From Escherichia coli (lineage in GTDB: Bacteria; Pseudomonadota; Gammaproteobacteria; Enterobacterales; Enterobacteriaceae), in NCBI GenBank assembly GCA_036348995.1, contig GCA_036348995.1_4855.1: a stretch of 49,610 bases of DNA; one strand, written 5' to 3'. Below are positions 1 to 10,442 of the stretch, in pieces. The position numbers and the translations under genes were made by a program. The notes beneath the pieces are model-generated. The model was not told the DNA's origin. It saw only the letters and a list, made by a program, of their open reading frames with translations, and made no database searches. Each line of letters starts with the position of its first letter. Position 1 is the stretch's first letter.

Positions 1-127
1 CAAATATTCGGCGGGAAATGAATCAGCAAGCACCCATCCAAGATACACAGACATCGCCATTACCGGAATGAACACCAGAAACGCGACCATGCCAGTGCAA
101 GCGAAACCCAGCACATACATGATCATG
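1..127. repeat. terminal direct repeat, copy 1 (identical to 49484..49610)
   Basis: 127/127 nt identity between window start and end, read directly; implies circular or terminally redundant genome. Confidence 0.95.
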
Positions 128-316
128 ATGGCAACGTCTGCGCCGAACATTATTTTTTACCGCGCGATGGTGAACGAGCGGAACCGTTTGGCTTCACTGC
201 ACCAGTTTTGCCGCCAGTTTTTGTGTTGCCAGTGGCGCGTGAGCGAGACGGACCGTTTGTTGAACCCATGTTTAAATCTCCTGTTGTTTGATTAGCATGA
301 TTTTAGCATATTCCTG

Positions 317-345
317 TTGACGTAGATTGATGGGGTGTTTATAGT
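317..345 (+). promoter_or_regulatory. sigma70-like promoter (TTGACG-N17-TATAGT) for first plus-strand island
   Basis: TTGACG 317-322, 17-nt spacer, TATAGT 340-345; near-identical cassette at 12729..12757. Confidence 0.5.
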
Positions 346-385
346 AATGACGTAGAAACAACAATAAATGTTAGAGGTGATGAAG

Positions 386-904
386 ATGCCAAACCATGTA
401 ACAAACAGAATCACGATTGTTTGTGCTGACAAGCAAAGCATTGATGAATTTAAAGATGGATGTATTACCAATGGTGCCATTGATTTTAATAAAATAATCC
501 CATTGCCACCATTTATCGCAAATGGCAATGGTTTGACGGTCGGGAGCAGAGAGGATGGTACTGGGCGTAATTGGTACAAATTCCACCTGGATAAATGGGG
601 AACGAAATGGAATGCTTATGATTGCTCAATTGTAGAGCAAGAAAATAAAATGATTATTACATTTGATACTGCATGGTCAGAACCTGAAGAAATAGTACGA
701 GAAATCCACAAATGGTTTCCTGAATTTATGTTAACACACGAATATTTTGATGAGGGTTGGGGTTTCTTTGGGTGTAAAAGATATGGAGCGCTTGGTATAT
801 TTGGAGGTACATATAAGGATAGGGTGGAAAATGAAGATTTATTTATGAAATTGTGCATTGAATTAAAAGGATACAATCCGGACGAAGATGAGGATGAAGA
901 ATAA
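386..904 (+). CDS. hypothetical Trp-rich protein with poly-acidic C-terminal tail (DEDEDEE)
   Basis: ORF with SD GAGGTGA 374-380; in-frame ATGs at 368/380/386; stop overlaps next start (TAATG). Confidence 0.55.
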   Translation: MPNHVTNRITIVCADKQSIDEFKDGCITNGAIDFNKIIPLPPFIANGNGLTVGSREDGTGRNWYKFHLDKWGTKWNAYDCSIVEQENKMIITFDTAWSEPEEIVREIHKWFPEFMLTHEYFDEGWGFFGCKRYGALGIFGGTYKDRVENEDLFMKLCIELKGYNPDEDEDEE

Positions 905-1713
905 TGACAACCCTATCCAAACGTTACGCAAACGCAGAAACGCGCAACGGTATTGCTGTTAACAAAACCTATCTCGTGCCAGTGGAGCGAATCTATCTGG
1001 AGCCGGGATATAACATCCGTGAAGCAGATGAGCAGCATGTGGAGTATTTCGCGCAGTGCTGGGAGTCAGGTCAGCCGCTACCAGCATTAACAGTTATTCC
1101 AGATGAGAAGGGAATCCGCATTCTTGATGGTCAGCATCGCTATCTCGGCGCATTGCGTGCTATTGATCGTGGCGCACCAATCGTTCGCATTGAGTGCAAA
1201 GATTTCACTGGCGATGAGGCGGATAAAATTGCCTTCATGGTGTCATCCAGCCAGGGTAAGCAGCTTGACCCGTTTGAGCGCGCGAAGGCTTACACGAGAC
1301 TGAAAGGCTTTGGCTGGACGAATGAAGAAATCGCCAAGAAGGTAGGGCGCTCAGTGTCTGATGTGCAAATGCATCTGTCGCTGGGTAATGTGCCAGCGGA
1401 GGTGAAAGCGCGCATCAGTGCAGGGCAAATCAGCTATGCAAATGCCGTAGCGGTAACGCGAGAGCATGGTGATGATGCGGTTAAAGTTATCGATGAGGCC
1501 GTGGAAGAGGCGAAGGAGCAAGGCAAGGATAAAGTTACAGCGAAGGTGCTGAGGTCGAAAAAGATTAAGCCAGTAGACCGCCTGATTGAGTTATTGAAGC
1601 AAGCCGACCATGTAATTCTTCCCGCTGGCCATGAGTTGAAGGAGGATGAGGAATTTATCCAGATTCCTGTTGCTGATATTCACGAGGTTATGGCAATTCT
1701 GGAGAAGATGTGA
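904..1713 (+). CDS. ParB-like nuclease-domain protein with DGQHR motif (DndB/DpdB/DUF262-like)
   Basis: motif ILDGQHRYLGALRA; translationally coupled to flanking genes. Confidence 0.7.
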   Translation: MTTLSKRYANAETRNGIAVNKTYLVPVERIYLEPGYNIREADEQHVEYFAQCWESGQPLPALTVIPDEKGIRILDGQHRYLGALRAIDRGAPIVRIECKDFTGDEADKIAFMVSSSQGKQLDPFERAKAYTRLKGFGWTNEEIAKKVGRSVSDVQMHLSLGNVPAEVKARISAGQISYANAVAVTREHGDDAVKVIDEAVEEAKEQGKDKVTAKVLRSKKIKPVDRLIELLKQADHVILPAGHELKEDEEFIQIPVADIHEVMAILEKM

Positions 1714-1886
1714 TGACACCAGAACAATTCATCGAAAAACAGCTGCGCGCCAAACTTCCTGGAATCGACCAGATGGCAATTGATGCGGCAATCCAGTATT
1801 ACAAGAGCAATCAGAGCGCAAAGAAGGGCGGTATTTTTGAAGAATGCATGAAGGTTGCAAAGCAACATATGATTAAGGTGAAGTGA
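1713..1886 (+). CDS. small hypothetical protein (57 aa)
   Basis: ATGA overlaps at both ends; hand translation MTPEQFIEKQLRAK... Confidence 0.45.
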   Translation: MTPEQFIEKQLRAKLPGIDQMAIDAAIQYYKSNQSAKKGGIFEECMKVAKQHMIKVK

Positions 1887-2422
1887 TGAAACTAAAAATC
1901 AGCAAATTATTACTTGAGTCAGCATTAATATTTCAGGCGCGCAATGATGTGCGATATTACCTGAATGGCATCTGCTTTATGACTGATGGTCGTATTGCGT
2001 CAACTGACGGTCATCGCGCATTCATTGGTGGCAGCCATGACAATAAGCTGACAGAAAGTGTGATTATCAAGATTGGCAAGTCACCAACAAAACGCTATGA
2101 GTACGCCATACTTGATACTAAGTCGAAAATTGCAACGTATCATGATGAAGCTGGTGTGATGGTTGGCTCTGGTATCTGCGAAGAGATTGATGGTCGATTC
2201 CCTGATATTGATCGCGTGATACCAAAGGAAACGAAAGCAGCAGAGGAAATTAGCTTCAATTCTGGCTACCTTGTTGATATTGAGAAAGTGGCGAAGCTGT
2301 TTAACCCTAAATTCAGTAGCGTTAAGTTTGAACTGAATGGAAATACAAATGCCGCAGTTTGCTGTCTTAGTGCGCCAACTGGCGAGACTGCGAAGATTGT
2401 TGTTATGCCTATTCGCCTGTAG
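1886..2422 (+). CDS. truncated DNA polymerase III beta sliding-clamp (DnaN) homologue, about 1.5 domains
   Basis: motifs DVRYYLNG, STDGHRAF, DGRFPDIDRVIPKE, SFNSGYLVD and C-terminal IVVMPIRL match E. coli DnaN domain II and end of domain III (from memory). Confidence 0.75.
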   Translation: MKLKISKLLLESALIFQARNDVRYYLNGICFMTDGRIASTDGHRAFIGGSHDNKLTESVIIKIGKSPTKRYEYAILDTKSKIATYHDEAGVMVGSGICEEIDGRFPDIDRVIPKETKAAEEISFNSGYLVDIEKVAKLFNPKFSSVKFELNGNTNAAVCCLSAPTGETAKIVVMPIRL

Positions 2423-2464
2423 CAATCAAAAGACCCTGACTAGGTGTTTTGTTTATAATAAATA

Positions 2465-2506
2465 TTGACGTAGATACCTAATGACCGCAATATGAGTGAT
2501 GTAGAT
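2465..2506 (+). promoter_or_regulatory. promoter region with TTGACGTAGAT and GTGATGTAGAT motifs upstream of PP-loop gene
   Basis: TTGACG 2465-2470; GTAGAT 2501-2506; SD AAGGAG 2511-2516. Confidence 0.4.
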
Positions 2507-2526
2507 ATAAGAAAGGAGCGACGGAC

Positions 2527-3339
2527 ATGAATCAAGTTATTAGCTTTTCAGGCGGTAGAACTTCAGCGTTTATGACGCTGGAGGTGCTGAAGATACATCC
2601 AGAAGCAGAGGTTATATTTATGGACACTGGAGCAGAGCACCCAAAAACGTATGAGTTTATTCGCAACTTCGCAAAGCATTTCAATGTCGCCGTGACGTGT
2701 CTTCGTGTGGTGCCAAATCATGAGATGCGCAAAGCAAGTACGTATGAGCAGCTAACCGTCGATGAGATTGGTCCAGACCTTGAGCCGTGGCGGAGGGTGT
2801 TGCGCAAGTACGGTCATCCATATGTTGGTGGGGCGTTTTGCACAGACAGAATGAAGACTGTGCCATTCACGAAATACTGCAATGAAAAATACGGGAAAGG
2901 AAATTACGAAAGGTGGCTTGGTATAAGGATTGATGAGCCAAACAGACTAAAAAACCGGGCTGATGGTTTTCATTACCTTGCAGACATCAGCGACTTTGAA
3001 AAGCAGGATATCCTTGACTGGTGGTCAACGCAACCATTCGACCTTGGTATTCAGGAGCATCTTGGTAATTGCGTTTTCTGCATCAAGAAGAGCCTGCAGA
3101 AAGTTGCACTTGCTGCAAAGGATGAGCCGGAACTTGCTGCTGAATTTTGGAAGATGATTCAGGATGAAGATAAAAAACCAGACAAGATAATGTATCGTTC
3201 AAACAGAAGCCTTGGCGACGTTATAGCTTTATTTAACGATGTAAGCAGGAATGAACTGGCATCACGGATGACTTCAATGCGCCAGTACGATCCTGGTTCA
3301 TGCAGCGAGAGTTGCGAAGCATTTTCTAATGAGAATTAA
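2527..3339 (+). CDS. PP-loop ATP-pyrophosphatase superfamily enzyme (PAPS-reductase/DndC/QueC-like) with C-terminal Cys cluster
   Basis: N-terminal SFSGGRTS PP-loop; CxxC and CxxxC near C-terminus; SD AAGGAG. Confidence 0.75.
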   Translation: MNQVISFSGGRTSAFMTLEVLKIHPEAEVIFMDTGAEHPKTYEFIRNFAKHFNVAVTCLRVVPNHEMRKASTYEQLTVDEIGPDLEPWRRVLRKYGHPYVGGAFCTDRMKTVPFTKYCNEKYGKGNYERWLGIRIDEPNRLKNRADGFHYLADISDFEKQDILDWWSTQPFDLGIQEHLGNCVFCIKKSLQKVALAAKDEPELAAEFWKMIQDEDKKPDKIMYRSNRSLGDVIALFNDVSRNELASRMTSMRQYDPGSCSESCEAFSNEN

Positions 3340-3343
3340 TGAC

Positions 3344-3370
3344 AAGCCCTCAATCGAGGGCTTTATTTAT
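3344..3370. terminator. bidirectional intrinsic terminator
   Basis: hairpin AAGCCCTC-AATC-GAGGGCTT followed by T-run. Confidence 0.7.
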
Positions 3371-3591
3371 TCATCTTCGCTACCTGCGTGACGGCGACGT
3401 TTTGGCTTTTCATCACCATCTTTTTTTGCTGGCGTCGCAACCTCAAATGATTTTGGAAGCTCAGGCATGACGCGCAGTTTTGGTAGCAGATGCTCGTCTG
3501 GTTCGGTAATAACCTCGCCAAGCTGCAATTCACGAATCTTGCCTTTCTCTTTAACAAAGATTCCGCGAGCGATCACTTCGTATTTAGCCAT
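3367..3591 (-). CDS. hypothetical protein downstream of capsid gene
   Basis: ORF track; position in head module. Confidence 0.4.
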   Translation of the reverse strand: MAKYEVIARGIFVKEKGKIRELQLGEVITEPDEHLLPKLRVMPELPKSFEVATPAKKDGDEKPKRRRHAGSEDE

Positions 3592-3632
3592 TATTCACCT
3601 CAATTTATAAAGGGGCTTTCGCCCCCTTTTTA

Positions 3633-4703
3633 TTACACCGCAGTTTGCGTTCCGTAACCGTTGAACACTTTGGACTTACCAGTGAAATCCTTACGGATTT
3701 GCAGGCCCATAGCAGACCACACGAGGAAGTTGAAGTTATCGTGCGGGTTGACGCGAGCTGCCGCATAGGTGGAAACGGGCTGAGCAACACGCGGGCGGAT
3801 GTACATGTCGTTGCGAACATAGCCAACGAAATGGTTGCCAGTCAGCAGGAAGTTGGTGCCAATCTTGCCGATGCGACCATTGCCGAACTGCGTGATGTAC
3901 TGCTCAACTGTGCCACCTTTGAAACCAGCCGCATCAGAATACGGACGCATGAAGCTACGACGTACCGCCGGGGAAACCCACAGAGTCACCTGCTCAAATA
4001 CGTTCTGCGCATCCAGAATTGCCTGGAAATCCTGATTGAAGAAGGTCACGATTTCGTCTGGCGTTGCGGTTTGCAGGTCGATATTCAGGCCGCTGGAAGC
4101 ATTCAGGTTAACCTGAATAGTGTTCGGGTGGTTGGTGATACCATAGCCAGTGTAAACGCCGTTCACGTTCAGAGTCTGGTCGCCAGTCAGCAGATACTGC
4201 GCCATGTCTGAACGCAGATTAAAGGTGACGTTAGCCTGATCGTCCAACAGTGGGTCAAAACCTTCAGACTGCATACCCAGCAGTTCGCGCCATTCGCGAC
4301 TGTAGCCAGTCTTGAAGATTGGAATCACATCACCAGTGTAATCGTAGCGAGTTTTATCCAAATCTTCCGGTTCCTGACCAGACAGGGTGCGCACAACCTT
4401 GCCAGCATCGGAAGCAATGCGGCTGATTGCCACAGTCTTACCAATGTTGATGTTTGCCGCGATACCCATCAGGTCAGCCATCATGTCCTGACCAGCTTCG
4501 TTGCGGAAAACGCGGGTGGTTACGTTGTCCACGTCGCGCCAGTAATCTTTCGTTACCAGTGCGGTAGCGTTCACACCGTAAGTTTTCGCCAGTTCAGCTT
4601 CTGCATTGCAGAACACCTTACGGTCGATGGTGAGATGTTTCCATTGGTCAGCCACCACTGCGGAGTTGGCTACCAAGTCTTTGGTAAAAATAATCTTTTC
4701 CAT
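3633..4703 (-). CDS. major capsid protein (putative)
   Basis: 356-aa ORF in lambda-like order protease/scaffold - decoration - capsid; no specific motif recognised. Confidence 0.6.
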   Translation of the reverse strand: MEKIIFTKDLVANSAVVADQWKHLTIDRKVFCNAEAELAKTYGVNATALVTKDYWRDVDNVTTRVFRNEAGQDMMADLMGIAANINIGKTVAISRIASDAGKVVRTLSGQEPEDLDKTRYDYTGDVIPIFKTGYSREWRELLGMQSEGFDPLLDDQANVTFNLRSDMAQYLLTGDQTLNVNGVYTGYGITNHPNTIQVNLNASSGLNIDLQTATPDEIVTFFNQDFQAILDAQNVFEQVTLWVSPAVRRSFMRPYSDAAGFKGGTVEQYITQFGNGRIGKIGTNFLLTGNHFVGYVRNDMYIRPRVAQPVSTYAAARVNPHDNFNFLVWSAMGLQIRKDFTGKSKVFNGYGTQTAV

Positions 4704-4705
4704 TA

Positions 4706-6462
<1,757 letters not shown>

Positions 6463-6798
6463 CGCGTAGCTCCACGGTTAGTTTGTGGACGAATTATAAC
6501 ACAGGGAGATGTAGCACCATGAGGCGGTAGCCGGTGCAAATAATGGCGAATCAGTTAGTGCGTATAGCGTGAGAAAGAAAGTGATAGGGATTATGTTCAT
6601 GGGCCGCCTCCTGATTAAATGATAGCAGCCCATGATGAACAAAAGATATACAGGGTTAGTCTGAAATCACATCATCCATGAATGCAAGCGCAGCACCTGA
6701 CAGGCAGAACAGAGCGCCATAGCAAATCATCTGGTACAGACTATCAGCCTCAAATACCCGCGCGAATGCGTAGGCTGATAATATCCAAAGTAATGGAA

Positions 6799-6987
6799 TC
6801 ATAATCTACCTCTGTTTTCTTTGTAGAGTGCATCGCAGATTTTTTGGTACTCCCTCTGAAACCAGTCTATGTTCCTGTTGTAATCACTACCTATTGCCTC
6901 AATCTTCTTTGTCGCCATTGCACTTGCTGCATTAATCAATGCAACCTGAACCTCAACAGGCAGCTCTGGAAATTTTGGCTCACTCAT
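6799..6987 (-). CDS. hypothetical protein
   Basis: ORF track; overlapping stop/start with neighbour. Confidence 0.35.
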   Translation of the reverse strand: MSEPKFPELPVEVQVALINAASAMATKKIEAIGSDYNRNIDWFQREYQKICDALYKENRGRL

Positions 6988-7310
6988 AACCCAGCCTCCT
7001 GTTTTGCGCGATGCACGTATGACATAAACTTGCCAATCGGCATTTCCTTACGGATTTGCGCCAATATAGCCCCGTGGATCATCCTTTCCTCGCCAAAATA
7101 CAGCTTATCGAGTCGCGTTTTGATGAGTGCTCGCGTGCGCTTCATGTGGTCGCGTGCCTTAAGTGCTTTCTCATGCCAGACGCGATCATTCTTCTTATCT
7201 GCATATTGCAGCTGACGCTCGACGGTTTCGATTTCAAACGCCAGTTGCACGTCATAATCTTCAAGCTGAATGATGTCTGCTTTCATGATGTCGTTTAATG
7301 GGATAATCAT
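6984..7310 (-). CDS. hypothetical protein
   Basis: ORF track. Confidence 0.4.
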   Translation of the reverse strand: MIIPLNDIMKADIIQLEDYDVQLAFEIETVERQLQYADKKNDRVWHEKALKARDHMKRTRALIKTRLDKLYFGEERMIHGAILAQIRKEMPIGKFMSYVHRAKQEAGL

Positions 7311-7609
7311 TTACTTAACTCCTTCAACATATCGTAAGCACCGCGAGTATATGGATGGTCGTAAGGGTTCCTTTCCCAATCTTGAATTTGCTTCTTCTCC
7401 CATTCACTTAGCTTCTTGCTGTTTAAATACAAAGCTGGATTAACGCTCTTATCAAGCATGTACGGATTTCCAATCCACTTTTCAAATTCTTTCTGTGTCA
7501 TCTTCGCCTCCTCCACTATCCAGCCCATCTCTTTACGGTTATTGGCAATAAACTCATCCGCTGTTACAAACAGAGTTCTGCCAGATTTATGCTTAATAGC
7601 CCATCTCAT
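7307..7609 (-). CDS. hypothetical protein
   Basis: ORF track. Confidence 0.4.
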   Translation of the reverse strand: MRWAIKHKSGRTLFVTADEFIANNRKEMGWIVEEAKMTQKEFEKWIGNPYMLDKSVNPALYLNSKKLSEWEKKQIQDWERNPYDHPYTRGAYDMLKELSK

Positions 7610-7734
7610 TTAGTACGTCCTCAGCAAGTTTGCGGAACATGATTTGCACTCTTGCCACCTTGCGCCACTCAGCTTCGGTGAGAATCACGTCCTCCTGCTG
7701 TGGCATTCCTGACATTTCGCATGGCGGTAATGGC

Positions 7735-8223
7735 TCATACTCCTGCTTCTTGCGTTTCGCTTTCCCCATGATTACCTCTTACATTGCGAAGAAGTGAATT
7801 AAACAGATTGCTCACGTTTACTTCCTGCTCCTGCCATGAGTAACGCCATAGCTTCTTGTGGTGGTCATAGCTTCGCGTCACATCGCCGTTATGAAACATG
7901 ATTCGGATGCGGCTTTTCACGATGCGATAATCAATGCCAGTGGCAGCGCTGATTTCTTTCACCTCTGCGCCAGCGCTATCAAGCAAATGACACTTAATTG
8001 CATCATCAATACCAGCGGCATCATCAGAGATGAAATATTTATACTGCCACTTCCCACCGCGAATCACTGACTTCTCTCGGCGAATGAAGCCAAGTGCGAG
8101 CATCTCATGCAAACGATGCGTTGTGGTGCTTGAATGCTTACCGCCGCAATGCTTTTCAATGTATGCTCGCGTTGCGCCAGGATGATTGAGAATCACGCGC
8201 ATGATTTGTGACTTATAGTCCAT
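7735..8223 (-). CDS. hypothetical protein, possible DNA-binding
   Basis: ORF track, start moved to internal Met (MDYKSQ...) after HNH stop; DNA-binding role is a guess. Confidence 0.35.
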   Translation of the reverse strand: MDYKSQIMRVILNHPGATRAYIEKHCGGKHSSTTTHRLHEMLALGFIRREKSVIRGGKWQYKYFISDDAAGIDDAIKCHLLDSAGAEVKEISAATGIDYRIVKSRIRIMFHNGDVTRSYDHHKKLWRYSWQEQEVNVSNLFNSLLRNVRGNHGESETQEAGV

Positions 8224-8734
8224 AATCGCGCTCCGATGCTGCCTGGTTGAAGTCGTCGACGGTGTAGAGGTGTCCGTGATTTTTGAATTTCCCTTGTTTT
8301 TCACTCCTGTACTTAATTAACGCATTAATAGCATCTTGCTTTGTGTCAAAGTGACCAATTGTTTTTCTCATGCAATCAGCACGCCATTTTCCTCTACATG
8401 AAACAAACCACACACCCTTGACGCCAGACCTATTGGTGCTTGGCTGTGGCTTATTCCATTCATTTTGTTGTCTTGTTGCCTTTCTCAGATTGCAAATTCT
8501 GTTGTCATCCTTTACACCGTTAATGTGATCTATTTCATGTTCAGGCCATTCACCGTAAACATAAAACCATGCCAATCTATGAGCCAATCTCTTTTTTCCT
8601 AGCAGCCTTATGTGTATATATCCCCTGGATGTTTTTGTTCCGCATGCATTACCGTTCTTTCTCCTGAACTCACCTGTGTCCGGATTATAGTCAATTAACT
8701 GCAATACAGTATCGTGATTAAGATCGCATTTCAT
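8213..8734 (-). CDS. HNH homing endonuclease with AP2-like domain
   Basis: EIDHINGVKDDNRICNLR HNH motif; GVKGVW...GKWRA AP2-like. Confidence 0.8.
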   Translation of the reverse strand: MKCDLNHDTVLQLIDYNPDTGEFRRKNGNACGTKTSRGYIHIRLLGKKRLAHRLAWFYVYGEWPEHEIDHINGVKDDNRICNLRKATRQQNEWNKPQPSTNRSGVKGVWFVSCRGKWRADCMRKTIGHFDTKQDAINALIKYRSEKQGKFKNHGHLYTVDDFNQAASERDYGL

Positions 8735-8970
8735 TAGTATTCACCCTCAAAATCACTATCTTTATAAGTAAACCCCCCTCTCGTATTCCATGACTTCACC
8801 GCCGAAGAGGCAACAAGGTAGTCATCTGTGCGCACATTACATGATGAGCAATACACATGAGATAAAACCAATTCATCGGACAGGTAAACCTCAAGCGAGC
8901 TGCAGAAAGGGCACTCCAGCAATCCTTCATCGTTCATTATCGGCATATGTGGTGCGCTCATTTTAACCAT
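8734..8970 (-). CDS. zinc-ribbon protein, Lar-like (restriction alleviation family) candidate
   Basis: CPFC...CSSC pattern in about 78 aa. Confidence 0.4.
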   Translation of the reverse strand: MVKMSAPHMPIMNDEGLLECPFCSSLEVYLSDELVLSHVYCSSCNVRTDDYLVASSAVKSWNTRGGFTYKDSDFEGEY

Positions 8971-9152
8971 TCCCCCAAGTTGTTAAATTTAGGCATATCG
9001 CCAGACCAATCGATAACGTCTTTCTGCTGGCTGCGCTTACGTTGCAGTCGGTTACGCACCTCTCGCAATTCGCACTCCAACCATTCGCGAGTGCGCTCAA
9101 CTTCATTCAGTCGCTGGATTAACGATTTTTCGTACAGTTCGTCATGCGCCAT
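8958..9152 (-). CDS. hypothetical protein
   Basis: ORF track. Confidence 0.35.
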   Translation of the reverse strand: MAHDELYEKSLIQRLNEVERTREWLECELREVRNRLQRKRSQQKDVIDWSGDMPKFNNLGEWLK

Positions 9153-9212
9153 TTGTAATTTCTCCCGTAGAATTTAATAACAACGTGCTCAACGCACAGA
9201 TAACCTTCATCC

Positions 9213-9440
9213 TCAACCGTTACTGGTTGAACTATAAACCACCGCAGATATAAGCTCGTCAGCCTTTTCACGACCCGCAACCTCCGCTTCAAGTGCCAGT
9301 GAACACATGGCAGTTTCCACATACTTAATGGTATCCTCGCGAACGTTAAGGATTTCCATAACCTCGCGAACTTCCTTCTGATATCTCGCTGCTATTTCTT
9401 TGTATCGCATTTCCACATCACCTTTTTCGTTGTGGTACAA
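9213..9440 (-). CDS. hypothetical protein
   Basis: ORF track; divergent from plus island at 9511. Confidence 0.35.
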   Translation of the reverse strand: MYHNEKGDVEMRYKEIAARYQKEVREVMEILNVREDTIKYVETAMCSLALEAEVAGREKADELISAVVYSSTSNG

Positions 9441-9510
9441 TCTACGTCAATAAGTATTGACTAAATGATGTAGATTGGTCAACAATAATTTTCGAAAAGG
9501 AGTAGTAAAT

Positions 9511-9726
9511 ATGCCAAGACCACGACGCGAGCCGATGGACATTATCACCAGCATTGTGGAGAAGCGGCAGCCGCTGACACTCCGTGATGTTCGCTACTTT
9601 GCCCGTTGCTATGTGGCAATGGCTGATATGCCTAAAGATGAGATGTACCAGATGATTCGGGCCAACTTCAGTGTTGACGAGAATAATAAAGTCACAATGA
9701 AAAGGGGTGATGATGAATTGGAATGA
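9511..9726 (+). CDS. hypothetical protein
   Basis: SD AAAGGAG then ATG 9511. Confidence 0.4.
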   Translation: MPRPRREPMDIITSIVEKRQPLTLRDVRYFARCYVAMADMPKDEMYQMIRANFSVDENNKVTMKRGDDELE

Positions 9727-10210
9727 TGTATTCGAATACCGTGATGGTCAGTTGTATTGGAAGATAAGGCCTGCGAATAGGGTTAAGGTTGGTGACATTG
9801 CTGGGTCAAAAAACAATAAAGGCTATCTTTTATTTGATTTCAAAGGCAAAAAACACCCTGCGCACAGGGTGATCTGGGAAATGCATTACGGTACTATTCC
9901 GGATGGAATGGAAATTGACCACATAAACCACATCCGTGATGACAACAGAATTGAAAATCTTCGCCTTGCTAGTCATGCGGAAAATACCCGCAACATGTCA
10001 AAGCACAGATACAACACTAGTGGAGTGACTGGTGTGTGCTGGCATAAGCACCAAAGGAAGTGGGTAGCACAGATAATGTTTGACGGAAAGTATACATGCC
10101 TAGGTTATTTTGTCGATTTTGATGAGGCTGTAAGATGCAGAAAATCAGCAGAATTAAATTTAGGATTTCACAGCAATCATGGGGATTTAAAAAGAAATGA
10201 ACCTGAATGA
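9707..10210 (+). CDS. HNH homing endonuclease (NUMOD4-like N-term, HNH, AP2-like C-term)
   Basis: EIDHINHIRDDNRIENLR; GVTGVCWHKHQRKWVAQI. Confidence 0.85.
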   Translation: MMMNWNDVFEYRDGQLYWKIRPANRVKVGDIAGSKNNKGYLLFDFKGKKHPAHRVIWEMHYGTIPDGMEIDHINHIRDDNRIENLRLASHAENTRNMSKHRYNTSGVTGVCWHKHQRKWVAQIMFDGKYTCLGYFVDFDEAVRCRKSAELNLGFHSNHGDLKRNEPE

Positions 10211-10442
10211 CATTGATGTAGTTGAGACTGTTAAATACAACAAATACCTGCACGAGATTAAGCCCGGTGTATTTGTTGACGTGTATGATGTGCTCATGGC
10301 GTGGAATGTCACCAACCCAGCATTGCAGCATTTGGTCAAGAAGGCGTTGCAAGCTGGCGAGCGCGGACACAAATCACGCGAACAAGATTTACAGGACATC
10401 ATTGACAGCGCAATTCGCGCAAAAGAACTGGAGATTAAATAA
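10197..10442 (+). CDS. hypothetical protein
   Basis: ORF track. Confidence 0.4.
   Translation: MNLNDIDVVETVKYNKYLHEIKPGVFVDVYDVLMAWNVTNPALQHLVKKALQAGERGHKSREQDLQDIIDSAIRAKELEIK

Noticed and set aside
68-295. Plus-strand 75-aa ORF at the window start
   Set aside because: Low-complexity, non-protein-like translation; the same DNA is better explained as the 5-prime end of the minus-strand membrane-protein gene that wraps across the circular junction.
3645-4211. 188-aa plus-strand ORF antisense to the capsid gene
   Set aside because: Shadow ORF entirely inside a well-supported minus-strand structural gene; no RBS or promoter context.
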